This document shows positions 63,861-64,000 of a DNA stretch of 64,000 nucleotides, piece by piece. Both the position numbers and the translations under genes were made by a program. Position 1 is the first letter of the stretch. The number at the start of each line of letters is the position of its first letter. Source of the stretch: Thalia democratica (lineage: Eukaryota); NCBI GenBank assembly GCA_965202585.1, contig OZ241829.1:72850001-72914000 (forward strand), read 5' to 3'. Below the pieces are notes generated by a model. That model was given only the letters and a program-made list of their open reading frames with translations, was not told the origin of the DNA and did not search any database.

Positions 63861-64000
63861 ACTCTCAGTGAAAATTAAAGTACTTCAAATCTTACTGATT
63901 AGATTAAGAGTAAGTACACAGTTTAACACGACACGAAAATATTGAATACAAACGCATAAAAAAGTTTAGTCAAGTATTCGTTTGTATATTAACAAAAGTT

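Overview
Very AT-rich eukaryotic (animal-type) genomic DNA. Abundant hAT elements, CR1/L2 fragments and minimal hammerhead motifs fit a cnidarian such as Hydra, but this is inference only. The window is dominated by a head-to-tail array of at least 9 paralogs of one intronless gene family I do not recognise. Four copies have intact ORFs (13060, 26700, 36344, 56196), four are disrupted (19019, 31683, 39823, 44791), and one is a 3' relic (58781). Each protein has a conserved N-terminal hydrophobic anchor (MIKLRLSFDVSLSKVILGVAGISATxxAFQYF), a middle of variable-copy 49-aa (147-bp) and 11-aa (33-bp) repeats, and a ~230-aa predicted helical C-terminal domain in at least two subtypes. All 8 copies with a 5' end have a splice-acceptor-like site abutting a donor-like site (consensus ttacAG|GTgagt) 25-26 nt before the ATG. 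The spacers are segmental duplicates carrying hAT and Tigger/pogo elements with target-site duplications (TSDs), decayed CR1/L2 RT fragments, a perfect 61-bp inverted repeat, and three separate insertions with minimal hammerhead-ribozyme motifs (Penelope-like/retrozyme type). No database searches were possible; family assignments rest on motif recognition.
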